Below are positions 47,102-56,787 of a DNA stretch of 64,000 nt, piece after piece. Source of the stretch: Candidatus Scybalocola faecigallinarum (GTDB lineage Bacteria > Bacillota > Clostridia > Lachnospirales > Lachnospiraceae); NCBI GenBank assembly GCA_018711005.1, contig DVIT01000015.1, positions 1,801 to 65,800 of the forward strand, in the 5' to 3' direction. The translations under genes and the position numbers were made by a program. Below the pieces are notes generated by a model. It saw only the letters and a list, made by a program, of their open reading frames with translations. It made no database searches and was not told where the DNA came from. Positions within the stretch are counted from its first letter, which is position 1, and every line of letters begins with the position of its first letter.

Positions 47102-47417
47102 AATCCCTCCAACTCATAAAATTTAACTCCCACACCGCAGCGCCTTTGCCTGGGATAAAATCCCTTACCCAGGCGCAATGCCGGCAAAAACAAGTTAATT
47201 TTACTATACATCACTCCTTCCGGGGTGTCAAGTATTAACAATACGCACAATAACCCCGGATTCCTTTGCCGCACCTCTGGTTTTTTTCCGGAGATTGCGG
47301 TACAATACCCTCATCAGATTCTATGATACCAGGGTCAAAAGGTCATGCTTTTCATGCTCGCATGAAAAAGCACGACTTTGAGACCCGTGAAAGCACTGAA
47401 AATTTAAAGGAGTTCCT

Positions 47418-48464
47418 ATGAAAACAGCAGCGATCATTGATGAATTTAATAACAATAATCCTGCCCGCCGGCAATGGCTGGCGCAGATCCGCCAGCTTCA
47501 CGGCCCATGCCACATTATTGCCGTGATGAGCGGGGATTTTACCCAGCAGGGCCTTCCTGCATCTGTGGACAAATACCGGCGCGCAGCCCTGGCCATCGCC
47601 GAAGGCGTTGACATGGTCATCCAGCTGCCGGTCTACTGTACCCTTTCAAGCCCGGATACATATGCTTTTGCCGCCGTATCCCTCCTTGAAAATCTCCACT
47701 GCGTGGATGAGCTTTATGTAGCCTGTGATACACCGGATCCGGGCCTTTTAATGCAGACCGCCCATTTTCTCTTTGCAGAAAATATCCAGTACCAGAAAAA
47801 ATTAAAAGGGCTGCGCCAGACCGGCATTTCCTTTTATGAGGCCCAGGCCCGGGCCGCTGAAAGCTTTATTCCCGGTGCCGGGGCCTTGCTGGAAACAAAG
47901 CTTAATGCATTTTCCGCAGAATATCTCCGGGCCTTAAAGCGTATGTACAGCCGCATCCGGCCCTGCCTGATCCCGTTTTCCGGCTGGCAGGAGCCGACAG
48001 AGACGACGCCTGCCGCCCAGGGGTATTTAAGCACCCTTCTTAAATATACCCTGACCTGCGGCCCTAAGGATCTGGATCAGATCAGCGGCGGTACCGCTGC
48101 CCTGACCGCAGCTATCCGCCAGGCGCAGGATCAGTATAACGGCTTTGAGGACTTTTGCCGCAGCCTGGCTACGTCCACCCGTTCTCCGGCCAATATCCGC
48201 CGCTTTATGCTCAGCGCCATTTTAAATCTGCGAAAGTCCGACATGGCCCTGTGCCGTCTGTACAGCTTTGCCCTGTATGCACAGATCCTGGCAGTAAGCC
48301 CGGACGCAGCAGAGCTGCCCCCATACATCAGCAGCCATACACGGCTGCCTGTCCTTGGCCTTGATCCTGAGGCAGCAGCGGCCATGACTCCCCCTATCCG
48401 GCGGATGACCCATTTTGATGACCGGGCCCATGTGCTTTACACACTGGCCGGACAGCAGAATTGA
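47418..48464 (+). CDS. TmcAL/YlbM-like HIGH-nucleotidyltransferase paralogue with degenerate active site
   Basis: IAVMSGDFTQQG.PA, GVDMVIQLP and Y..R++R scaffold of the family are recognisable; EYNPFHNGH is replaced by EFNNNNPAR. Confidence 0.75.
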   Translation: MKTAAIIDEFNNNNPARRQWLAQIRQLHGPCHIIAVMSGDFTQQGLPASVDKYRRAALAIAEGVDMVIQLPVYCTLSSPDTYAFAAVSLLENLHCVDELYVACDTPDPGLLMQTAHFLFAENIQYQKKLKGLRQTGISFYEAQARAAESFIPGAGALLETKLNAFSAEYLRALKRMYSRIRPCLIPFSGWQEPTETTPAAQGYLSTLLKYTLTCGPKDLDQISGGTAALTAAIRQAQDQYNGFEDFCRSLATSTRSPANIRRFMLSAILNLRKSDMALCRLYSFALYAQILAVSPDAAELPPYISSHTRLPVLGLDPEAAAAMTPPIRRMTHFDDRAHVLYTLAGQQN

Positions 48465-48481
48465 CCGGCGGATCCGGACGG

Positions 48482-51049
48482 TCAGGCCTGAGGCTTATAA
48501 GCCAGCACAAGAGCTTCCAGTGTTTTACAAAGAAGCTCAAAATTAATAGGCTTTGAAATATGGGCGTCCATCCCTGCTTCTGTTGTGGCAGCCACATCCT
48601 CCGCAAAGGCATTGGCTGTCACAGCAATAATGGGGATCGCACCGGCATCTTTCCGGTTCATCCTGCGGATCTCCCGCGCCGCGTCACATCCGTTTTTCTC
48701 AGGCATCTGCATATCCATCAAAATCGCGTCAAACGCATATTCCTCAGAACTGCTGAACAGGTCTACCGCTTCCTGGCCATTCCATGCCTGGACAACATTT
48801 ACCCCGCTGGCCTCCAGGATTTCTGTGGCAATCTCCATATTAATCTCATTATCCTCTGCCAGAAGGATCTTGCGGCCTTCCAGGCTAAACGATGGATCTT
48901 CCCGTTTTTGGCCAGGCGCATCCGATATAGCACGAGGACTGTCCTGGTCAGAAGCAATCACAAACGGAATCGTCACAGTAAAGCAGGAGCCTTCATGGAG
49001 CTGGCTTTCCACAAGGATTTCCCCGTCCATTTGGGTCACAATGCTTTTTACAATGGCCATGCCCAGTCCTGTTCCTGCCACATTTTTGGCCCCAAAGCGG
49101 GTCTCCCTTTCATATGGGATAAATATTTTTTCCAAAAAAGCCTGGCTCATACCCACGCCGTCATCTTTAACAATAAACTGATAGGTTCCATGGCTTTGAT
49201 TTTCAATCTGAAGGGCCTGGAGCCGGATATGTCCGCCGGGTGATGTAAACTTAAAGGCATTGGACAAAAGATTATTTAAAATCTGAGTCAGACGGAAGGC
49301 GTCGCCAATGACCATCCGGTCGGTCATTTCAATGGAAATATCATAGGACTTTCCTTCCTTTTGAGCCTGATGGTCAAACACTGCCGCTGCATCTCTAACG
49401 CACTGGTTCAGGTCAAAGCGCCTGCTGTTTAAAGTGATCTCCTTTTGTTCCAGCCGGGACATTTCCAAAATATCATTAATCAGCCCTAAAAGCTGCCGGC
49501 TTGAGAAGTTAATCTTTTCCAGATATTCCTCCATCTTCTCCGGATGGGACACCTGGCCTTTTGCCAGCTCGGATAAGCCGATAATGGCATTTAAAGGCGT
49601 GCGCATGTCATGGGACATGGAAGAAAAGAACCGTTTCTGGGATTCTTCACTGTTTTTGGCATTTTCCAGGGAATTTTTCAAAAGCTCCAGCTGACGCAGC
49701 TGGCCTTCCCGCTCCTGCCCCACTTCCTTAAAGCATAAAACAACTTCATTATCATGGCTCAGGGACTCGTCAAAAAGCATATGGACAGATACCCATCGGT
49801 ATTCATTTCCAAAGCGGCGCAGAAAGTCCCCGCCAAAATCCCGTACTCTTTTTTTCACCAGCTGACGGATATTATCAATGGAAAAGCTTTCCATAAAATC
49901 CGTATAAGCAGCCGTCTCAATAAATTGCCCTGCAATCTTAATAAACTGACTATAATCACCGATTTTCGGCAAAAGCCCCCGGACATCATCAGATGCTTTG
50001 ATCATATCGTAAGTCGATTCCCGGACGCCTACCCGGTATATGGCATAGTAGGAATTTCCAAGAACACGCACCGTTTCATTGGTCTTTTCCACATCCCGGC
50101 TAAGACGGTAATCCCGTATGCTCATGGCAACAGTAAATGTCAGAAAAGCCAGAAAAACAATCACAAGGATCACGGCAAGTTCCCGAAGATCCTGCAGAAT
50201 GGTACGGTATGGAATGGTAATAATGGACATCCATCCGTTTTGTGCCTCATTGTAGTAAACGCCACGGCGCTCTCCGTTCAGATCTATAATATATGCGTCC
50301 GGATCACTCATTTCCCCATTTTGGATCCTTACGTAAAGATTGCTTACAAATGCCTGAAGGCTATCTTCAGTCACATCCAGGCTGGTTTCATAATACAGCA
50401 GCTGTCCGCTTTTATCACACAGGAAGTAGGAGCTGCTTTCCGGCAGCTGCACAGAATTAGAATCAATATGAAAATTTTCCGGAAAAACATCAAACGCAAT
50501 CACATTTTCCGAATCCTGGCACCGTGCGGCAATGGTAATAACCGGACGATTATAGATACTATCCTGATATGTATCCGTAAAAATCACTTCACCGTCGGCT
50601 GCCATAGCTTCCTGATACCACCCGGCCTGGGAAATGTTAAACTCTGCATCCCCCGTCCAGGGGTTGGCGGCAATAATCGTTCCATCGACAATCGCATATG
50701 GATCGATCACATCATCCCCCATAATATCGCCAATAGACTCCAAAAAACCCTGGATCCAAAGTGTCAGCTCCGTTTCACCGGCGCCCGCCTTAATCAGCCG
50801 GTCTATGGAATCTGCTCCCATCCGGATCAGCATTTCATAGGCATTAATATTGCCTTCTTCTTCAATGGAATAGTTTTCTGACAGGGCCTGGCCAACCTGC
50901 TGGGCATTGTTCAGCAGACTTTTCTGGAGTACATGAAGAAAGGCCACTGAGACGCCCAAAAGCAGTATGATGATCAGAATATTGACCCGGGATTCCTTCC
51001 AGATTTTTTTCATCACCCTGCCAATTTTTTTCTTACCTTTATTTTTCAA
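48482..51049 (-). CDS. Hybrid sensor histidine kinase/response regulator with extracellular Cache-like domain
   Basis: Two TMs, WY..A Cache motif, SHDMRTPL, NLLSNAFKFT, DDGVG, GTGLGM, C-terminal receiver LAEDN/ILMDMQMP. Confidence 0.92.
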   Translation of the reverse strand: MKNKGKKKIGRVMKKIWKESRVNILIIILLLGVSVAFLHVLQKSLLNNAQQVGQALSENYSIEEEGNINAYEMLIRMGADSIDRLIKAGAGETELTLWIQGFLESIGDIMGDDVIDPYAIVDGTIIAANPWTGDAEFNISQAGWYQEAMAADGEVIFTDTYQDSIYNRPVITIAARCQDSENVIAFDVFPENFHIDSNSVQLPESSSYFLCDKSGQLLYYETSLDVTEDSLQAFVSNLYVRIQNGEMSDPDAYIIDLNGERRGVYYNEAQNGWMSIITIPYRTILQDLRELAVILVIVFLAFLTFTVAMSIRDYRLSRDVEKTNETVRVLGNSYYAIYRVGVRESTYDMIKASDDVRGLLPKIGDYSQFIKIAGQFIETAAYTDFMESFSIDNIRQLVKKRVRDFGGDFLRRFGNEYRWVSVHMLFDESLSHDNEVVLCFKEVGQEREGQLRQLELLKNSLENAKNSEESQKRFFSSMSHDMRTPLNAIIGLSELAKGQVSHPEKMEEYLEKINFSSRQLLGLINDILEMSRLEQKEITLNSRRFDLNQCVRDAAAVFDHQAQKEGKSYDISIEMTDRMVIGDAFRLTQILNNLLSNAFKFTSPGGHIRLQALQIENQSHGTYQFIVKDDGVGMSQAFLEKIFIPYERETRFGAKNVAGTGLGMAIVKSIVTQMDGEILVESQLHEGSCFTVTIPFVIASDQDSPRAISDAPGQKREDPSFSLEGRKILLAEDNEINMEIATEILEASGVNVVQAWNGQEAVDLFSSSEEYAFDAILMDMQMPEKNGCDAAREIRRMNRKDAGAIPIIAVTANAFAEDVAATTEAGMDAHISKPINFELLCKTLEALVLAYKPQA

Positions 51050-52007
51050 TGAGATGCTCTCCCTGTTCCTTAATATCTAAAGCTTCGTATTCCTCTTTAA
51101 CCTTTTGTATCTCAGCCTTATCCACAGGCCGTATAATCTTAATCGCCTGCTTTATATTTGAAAGCTCCACTTCACGCCAGCAGCCCCCTTCTTCTCCGTC
51201 CAGAGTCCAGGATATTTCTTCTTCACTGGAAAAATGCACATGATCCACCTTGGCAGAAAACATATACCGCTCATCCACCTTCTGAAGAAGGAAGGCACTC
51301 ATAATGGCCTGAAGCTCAAACAGATTTTTAGGCATACGCACAAGAAGCATTTCAAATAAGCCGTCATCCAGCTCCATATCCTTGCCGTTAATACTTTTAA
51401 ACCCGCCGACAGATACTGAATTTGTCACCATGCCATAGGCAAAGCTGTCTGTGATCACTTCGTCATCAAATTCCACGGTCATGCGATGGGGGGTAATGCT
51501 TGGCAGACTTTTCAGTCCTTCCATTAAATAAGCCAGATGGCCGAATGTATTTTTAAGCTGCTGAGGCGTCTGCCAGGAAACATCGGTAAATGCCCCAAAG
51601 GCAGCCACATAGGCAAAATTCCGGTCATTAAACACACCTACATCAATAGCAAAGGGCGCACCGTGAAGCACATTGGCCGCCGCTGCGGTCATATTTGAAG
51701 AAATCCCCAGACTTTTGGCAAAGTCGTTGGTAGTGCCGGCAGGAATATAACCTAACGGCGGACGTTTTTCCAGACAGATCAGCCCGGAAACAACCTCATC
51801 TAAAGTACCATCGCCGCCGCTGCATACGACCAGATCATAATCACTGCCCCTGTGAGCTGCGACCTCATAGGCATCCCGTACAGCCTGGGTTGTATGCACC
51901 GTTACTTCGTAGCCGGCGGCTACAAACATATCGATGATGGAAGAAAAATGAGGTTTTATCTGATTTTTACCGGATTTCAAATTAGAAATAAATAAAAGCC
52001 TTTTCAC
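51039..52007 (-). CDS. Diacylglycerol kinase family lipid kinase
   Basis: SGGDGT, IPAGTTNDFA, LDGE. Confidence 0.9.
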   Translation of the reverse strand: MKRLLFISNLKSGKNQIKPHFSSIIDMFVAAGYEVTVHTTQAVRDAYEVAAHRGSDYDLVVCSGGDGTLDEVVSGLICLEKRPPLGYIPAGTTNDFAKSLGISSNMTAAAANVLHGAPFAIDVGVFNDRNFAYVAAFGAFTDVSWQTPQQLKNTFGHLAYLMEGLKSLPSITPHRMTVEFDDEVITDSFAYGMVTNSVSVGGFKSINGKDMELDDGLFEMLLVRMPKNLFELQAIMSAFLLQKVDERYMFSAKVDHVHFSSEEEISWTLDGEEGGCWREVELSNIKQAIKIIRPVDKAEIQKVKEEYEALDIKEQGEHLIEK

Positions 52008-53362
52008 TTGGACGCCTCCCGTCTGCGCTGCAACAGCACAATATTTTCAATGCCCGCAGTCATTGGGAACATATCCACCGGGCAGATCCCGCGGATACCA
52101 TATCCATACCGGTTCATAAGCGCCACATCCCGTTTCTGGGTGATCGGATTACAGGAAATATAAACGATCCGCTCCGGCTTCATACGGGCAAGGGCTTTTA
52201 AAAATTCCGGATTGCTCCCACTTCTTGGCGGGTCCATAATGACAACATTATAATATTTCTCCCTCTTAAAATCAACGGCAATCTGCCCCATATACGCTGC
52301 AGCATCTGCGCAGACAAATTCCGCATTTTCCACATGGTTTTGAGCAGCATTAAAACGCGCGTCCTTTACAGCATCCCGGTTCAGCTCCACACCGGTCACA
52401 AAACCGGCATATTTTGCACTGATCAGGGTGATCGTCCCTGTGCCGCAATAAGTATCCAGCACCCGGTCATTTTTTGTAATCCCGGCCATGGCTAAAGCCT
52501 TCTCATATAAAACTTCTGCCTGGGGCGGGTTCACCTGATAAAAAGATTTGGGAGATATGCGGAACTTCATGCCGCAAAGTATATCCTCAATATATCCCCG
52601 GCCAAAAACGACCCGCTGCTGATGTCCCAGGACCATACTTGTTTTTCCGTTATTTTTGTTAAAAACAATGGTGGTGATCTTGGGGAAACGCTTTACAAGA
52701 AAATGTACCAGTGCGTCTCCCTGGGGAAAATCCAGGGATGCCGCGACAGGCACAACCATCATCTGCCCGGTCTTATATCCGGTGCGGATCAGCACATGGC
52801 GCAGCATTCCCGTTCCTGTATCCTCATTATAGGGCTGTATTTTAAAGCGTTCCATAGCTTCAAGAATAGCGCGGATCACTTCATTGGCCGCCGGATCCTG
52901 GATCCGGCACTGATCTACAGGCAGAAGACGGTGGGTCCCCTCCTCATAAATCCCTGCAATCACTTTGCCATGGCGGTCTTTTCCAAAGGAAGCATGGACT
53001 TTGTGACGGTAGCCATAAGGATCTTCCATGCCCAGAGTCCCCGGAATATTTTTAAATCGGTCAAACAGCCGGGCCACCTGACCTGTCTTGTAGTCCAGCT
53101 GGCAGTCATACTTCATATGATAGATCTGGCAGCCGCCGCATTTTTCAAAATAAGGGCAGATATTTTCTTCCCGCTCCGGTGACTTCTCCAGCACAGACTC
53201 CAGCCGCCCCAGGGTCTGCGGCCCTTTGCGGTACAAAGTGATCTGAGCCAGTTCCCCGGGCAAAAGGCCGGGCACCGGTATCATGGAATGGTTAAAACTT
53301 ACAACGCCGCGGCCATATTCATCTAAATATTTACCCCGGACACGATAAACTTTCTTCTTCAT
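52004..53362 (-). CDS. rlmD: 23S rRNA (uracil-C5)-methyltransferase, RlmD family
   Basis: C..CGGC Fe-S motif, SFYQVN, DTYCGTG, DPPRSG, YISCNP, DMFP.T. ATG at 53362 after AAGGAG. Confidence 0.9.
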   Translation of the reverse strand: MKKKVYRVRGKYLDEYGRGVVSFNHSMIPVPGLLPGELAQITLYRKGPQTLGRLESVLEKSPEREENICPYFEKCGGCQIYHMKYDCQLDYKTGQVARLFDRFKNIPGTLGMEDPYGYRHKVHASFGKDRHGKVIAGIYEEGTHRLLPVDQCRIQDPAANEVIRAILEAMERFKIQPYNEDTGTGMLRHVLIRTGYKTGQMMVVPVAASLDFPQGDALVHFLVKRFPKITTIVFNKNNGKTSMVLGHQQRVVFGRGYIEDILCGMKFRISPKSFYQVNPPQAEVLYEKALAMAGITKNDRVLDTYCGTGTITLISAKYAGFVTGVELNRDAVKDARFNAAQNHVENAEFVCADAAAYMGQIAVDFKREKYYNVVIMDPPRSGSNPEFLKALARMKPERIVYISCNPITQKRDVALMNRYGYGIRGICPVDMFPMTAGIENIVLLQRRREASK

Positions 53363-53377
53363 AAACAACTCCTTGCT

Positions 53378-53416
53378 AAAAAGAAATACCGGAATGAATC
53401 GCTATCCATTCCGGTA
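53378..53416 (-). terminator. Terminator-like hairpin immediately before the rlmD SD
   Basis: 10-bp stem TACCGGAATG/CATTCCGGTA followed by TTTCTTTTT. Confidence 0.7.
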
Positions 53417-53470
53417 CCTCTTTACTGGTAGTATATATGAAATCTCATGGGGAATGAGTATCTCATGCAT

Positions 53471-53500
53471 TTAAAAAGCAGCCGCAAGCGGCTGCTTAAA
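53471..53500 (-). terminator. Terminator-like hairpin downstream of the B12 aptamer
   Basis: AAGCAGCCG-cttg-CGGCTGCTT followed by a T run. Confidence 0.7.
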
Positions 53501-53594
53501 AGACCCGAAATGAAACAACAGTCCCAGTATAGATATACTCCGACCATCCTATCATCCGTCTTCCATACACCGCAGAATCAGGTTACTCCATATC

Positions 53595-53825
53595 CAGGCA
53601 GGTCTCCTGACTTCAGATCATTGCCAAAATACGCCTTCTCAGCCGGCAGACACCTCTGCCTTCATGCCAATGGACTCATGTATCCTGGCTCCCTGTACAC
53701 AGTGACGGGATCGTTCCGGACTTGCACCGGATTCCCTATTAATTTCTCGCGAAAACCTGGAATGTCTGCAGCTGCCTTTACTGCCGTCACTTACCGGCAC
53801 CAAAAGAACTGCACCAATCATTTAA
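53595..53825 (-). ncRNA. Cobalamin (B12) riboswitch
   Basis: Minus strand has TGGTGC..., AATAGGGAATCCGGTGCAAGTCCGGAACGATCCCGTCACTGT, ...GAGAAGG..., and the B12-box GTCAGGAGACCTGCC (53597-53611). Confidence 0.93.
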
Positions 53826-53836
53826 TTTCTATTAAA

Positions 53837-53865
53837 ACAATAGCACGGCTGCCGTGAATTGTCAA
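53837..53865 (-). promoter_or_regulatory. Promoter driving the B12 riboswitch, with a palindrome in the spacer
   Basis: TTGACA-17 nt-TATTGT with extended TG; the spacer contains CACGGC-A-GCCGTG. Confidence 0.65.
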
Positions 53866-53920
53866 TATGTGAACCACAGCAACAGTTCAGCCAGCTGAAC
53901 TGTTACTCAGCTGATCCTCA

Positions 53921-54943
53921 TCAGTTAAACTTAAAGATCTTCTGGGCCAGATGATAGCCTTTTACAATCACCGGTTCTGCCCATCGTCCCGGAGGATTGC
54001 TCACAATACCTCTGGCGCCCAGACGGATATGCCAGTACATCTCAGGATCTCTTGCCTTGAAATCGTGCCACAGTTTCTTAAGCTTTGCCCGGTTCTCATC
54101 GGTTCCGGAAATAATCAGCATAATGGAAGTCACGCAGCAGATCATAGCCAGATACTTCATCATATACCTGGCCAGACGGCGGTTCTTCACATCCTTTGGC
54201 AAGCTGTAGGCATTGATCATAAGATTATTTACATAAATCTGCTGATCAATACGGCCGATCATCACCTGTTCGTTTACCGACTGATCGGAACGGCCGATAT
54301 AATAACGGTAAAGATCCACATTCATATAGTACATGGACTTTACGTAAGGCAGCGGCACATATACAAAAAGATTATCTACATAAAACGTATGCTTCGGAAG
54401 CACAAGACCGCTGCGGCGCAGCACTTTTGTCCGATAGATCACAGAATGCATTAAAAGATTTTGATCCGGACGGAAATGTCCCACGGAGTTCCATCCGAAA
54501 ACTCTGTCCTGCGGCAGTGCCTGTTTGTAGCTGACTGTATGGGACGTACCATCCTCCGCATGCTCATAAACATAATTGCAGATCATCATATCCACACGGC
54601 GGCGTTCCTTCCGGAAATGCTTCAGCTTATCGATCACAGCAAGCAGGCTGTCCTTATCCAGCCAGTCATCGGAATCTACAACTTTATAATACATTCCTGT
54701 AGCATTGCGAAGCCCTGCGTTTACTGCCTCGCCATGACCGCCGTTTTCCTGATGGATCGCCCGGCAGATTCCCGGGAACCGCTTTTCATATTCATCGGCA
54801 ATGGCCGGAGTATTATCTTTTGTTGATCCATCATCCACAATAAGGATCTCCGCATCATCCCCTGCCACCAGCAGCGAATCAATGCACTTACGCATATAAG
54901 CTTCCGAATTATAACACGGAACAGCAAACGTTATGATTTTCAT
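53921..54943 (-). CDS. Glycosyltransferase family 2
   Basis: VPCYN, VDDGS, NGGHG..VNAG, VVDSDD. Confidence 0.92.
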   Translation of the reverse strand: MKIITFAVPCYNSEAYMRKCIDSLLVAGDDAEILIVDDGSTKDNTPAIADEYEKRFPGICRAIHQENGGHGEAVNAGLRNATGMYYKVVDSDDWLDKDSLLAVIDKLKHFRKERRRVDMMICNYVYEHAEDGTSHTVSYKQALPQDRVFGWNSVGHFRPDQNLLMHSVIYRTKVLRRSGLVLPKHTFYVDNLFVYVPLPYVKSMYYMNVDLYRYYIGRSDQSVNEQVMIGRIDQQIYVNNLMINAYSLPKDVKNRRLARYMMKYLAMICCVTSIMLIISGTDENRAKLKKLWHDFKARDPEMYWHIRLGARGIVSNPPGRWAEPVIVKGYHLAQKIFKFN

Positions 54944-55169
54944 CGTCTTAATATCCTTTCCTTGTTTTCGTCGTGCTATGGCACGACATTCAGGTTATCC
55001 CCTTCCCGGGAGCCTGATAAAGTTCTGCCTTTATCATATCCCAAAAGGCCATGAAATACAAGGGGGACATGGGGATTTTTCCCGAACCGGAACAGCCAAT
55101 GCACCATTGCTTTAGAGGAAATCCAGGCCTGCATCCCGGACCGCAAAACGGTGGAAGATGAAATCCAGG

Positions 55170-56003
55170 CTAAAGAGCTGGCTGCCGGCCAAAACGATCC
55201 ATGATCCGCCGGATCCCGAGAACAATAAGAAGCACTGCAATATTTACAATAACAATACTTGCCCCTGTAGGCAGGTTAATCTTAAAGGAGAGCAAAATGC
55301 CAAGGAAGAAGCAGGCCATGGACAGCACTACAGAAACCCCTACCACGGCTTTAAAGCTTTTAACAAGCTTTCCTGCAGTTACTGCCGGGAAAATGATCAG
55401 GCTGGAAATCAGCAGGCTTCCCATCATACGCATTCCAAGCACCACGGTGAGGGCTGTTAAAAGGGCAATAATAAACTGATAAAAGCCTACGCGGATGCCG
55501 CTGGCACGGGCAAAGGTCTCATCACAGGTCACAAGAAACAGCCGGTTATAGCAGCACACAAAAAGAATAATGATCACTGCCGACAAGATCAACGACAGGA
55601 TCACATCCAGATCGCTCATGGCCAGGATGCTTCCAAACATGTAATCGCTCACATCCACATTAAAGCCGCCGGACACTGCCGTGATCACAACACCTGTGGC
55701 CAGCGCTCCCGTAGAAACCATGCCAATGGCAATATCGCCGCTGCTTTTTACCTTCTGGCTGTAAAACATAATGGCACAGGCGGCCGCCACCACAATGGGA
55801 ATGGATACCGGCAAAATAGGCAGGCCTAAAGCCACAGCCAAAGATGTGGACGCAAATCCCACATCCCCCAGTCCGTGGCCAATAAGGGAATAACGCTTCT
55901 GCACAAGGATCACCCCTAACAGCGCCGCGCACAAAGAGATCAAAAGGCCTACGATCAGCGCCCGCTGTATAAAACTGTAAGAAAACATCACTAAAATATC
56001 ATT
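55170..56003 (-). CDS. znuB: Zn/Mn ABC transporter permease
   Basis: SLIGHGLGDVGF, DYMFGSIL, MMGSLLISSLIIFPA. Confidence 0.88.
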   Translation of the reverse strand, partial: NDILVMFSYSFIQRALIVGLLISLCAALLGVILVQKRYSLIGHGLGDVGFASTSLAVALGLPILPVSIPIVVAAACAIMFYSQKVKSSGDIAIGMVSTGALATGVVITAVSGGFNVDVSDYMFGSILAMSDLDVILSLILSAVIIILFVCCYNRLFLVTCDETFARASGIRVGFYQFIIALLTALTVVLGMRMMGSLLISSLIIFPAVTAGKLVKSFKAVVGVSVVLSMACFFLGILLSFKINLPTGASIVIVNIAVLLIVLGIRRIMDRFGRQPAL

Positions 56004-56748
56004 CATGGCCGCCATCTCCCTTCTTATGAGCCCCGTGGTTTTCATCTGCACCGCATACGCACCGGTGGGATTCTTCCATCATTTCCCGCCACTGCTGCAC
56101 CGTACCGTCAAACTCTACTGTCTGATCCATAACGATCACCCGGCCTGCATAATTTTCTACCTGGTCCATATCATGGCTGGCCATTAATACTGCAATTTTT
56201 TTCTCTTTATTCAGACGGTCCAAAATCTGGTAAAATTCTTTTGTCATCTCCGGATCCAGTCCGGCACAGGGCTCATCCAAAAGCAGCAGCTTTGGCTGGC
56301 GGCAAAATGCCCGGGCCAAAAGCACCCGCTGCTGCTGTCCGCCGGACAAATGACCGATACGCCGGTCCTTAAACTGGGTAACGCCAAACATTTCCATAGC
56401 TTCTGCAGCCAGTTTTTTGTCTGCCTTTGTATAAAAAGGCGACCATTTATCCCGCCGCTGTGTTCCTGACAAAATCACCTCATACACCGTGGCCGGAAAA
56501 TTCCGGTCGATGAGATGACTTTGGGAGAGGTAGGCATAGCCATCCTTATTTATCGGATACTCAATATTTCCCCGGGTTACCTTCACCAGTCCGGTAATAC
56601 CTTTAAGCAGCGTACTTTTCCCGGAACCATTGCTTCCGATGAGACAAATATACTCGCCCTCTCTTACCGTAAAGCTTACATCCTCCACCGCATAATCCCG
56701 CTCATTATCATAGGCGATGGACACATGATCAACTGTTAATAAATCCAT
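55999..56748 (-). CDS. znuC: Zn/Mn ABC transporter ATP-binding protein
   Basis: GSNGSGKST, FPATVYEV, LSGGQQQRV, LLDEP; C-terminal H/C cluster. Confidence 0.9.
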   Translation of the reverse strand: MDLLTVDHVSIAYDNERDYAVEDVSFTVREGEYICLIGSNGSGKSTLLKGITGLVKVTRGNIEYPINKDGYAYLSQSHLIDRNFPATVYEVILSGTQRRDKWSPFYTKADKKLAAEAMEMFGVTQFKDRRIGHLSGGQQQRVLLARAFCRQPKLLLLDEPCAGLDPEMTKEFYQILDRLNKEKKIAVLMASHDMDQVENYAGRVIVMDQTVEFDGTVQQWREMMEESHRCVCGADENHGAHKKGDGGHE

Positions 56749-56787
56749 AATCTACTCCGTTTCCGCACATATCCTGCACATGGCCCA

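Noticed and set aside
48560-50881. Long plus-strand ORFs (48560-49243, 48585-49181, 49754-50881)
   Set aside because: Antisense shadows of the hybrid kinase with no domain motifs. The same applies to 52622-53182 and 56881-57543.
53447-53857. 136-aa plus-strand ORF and 60-aa minus-strand ORF 53639-53821
   Set aside because: They coincide with the cobalamin riboswitch and its promoter and terminators, and the sequence is explained by RNA structure.
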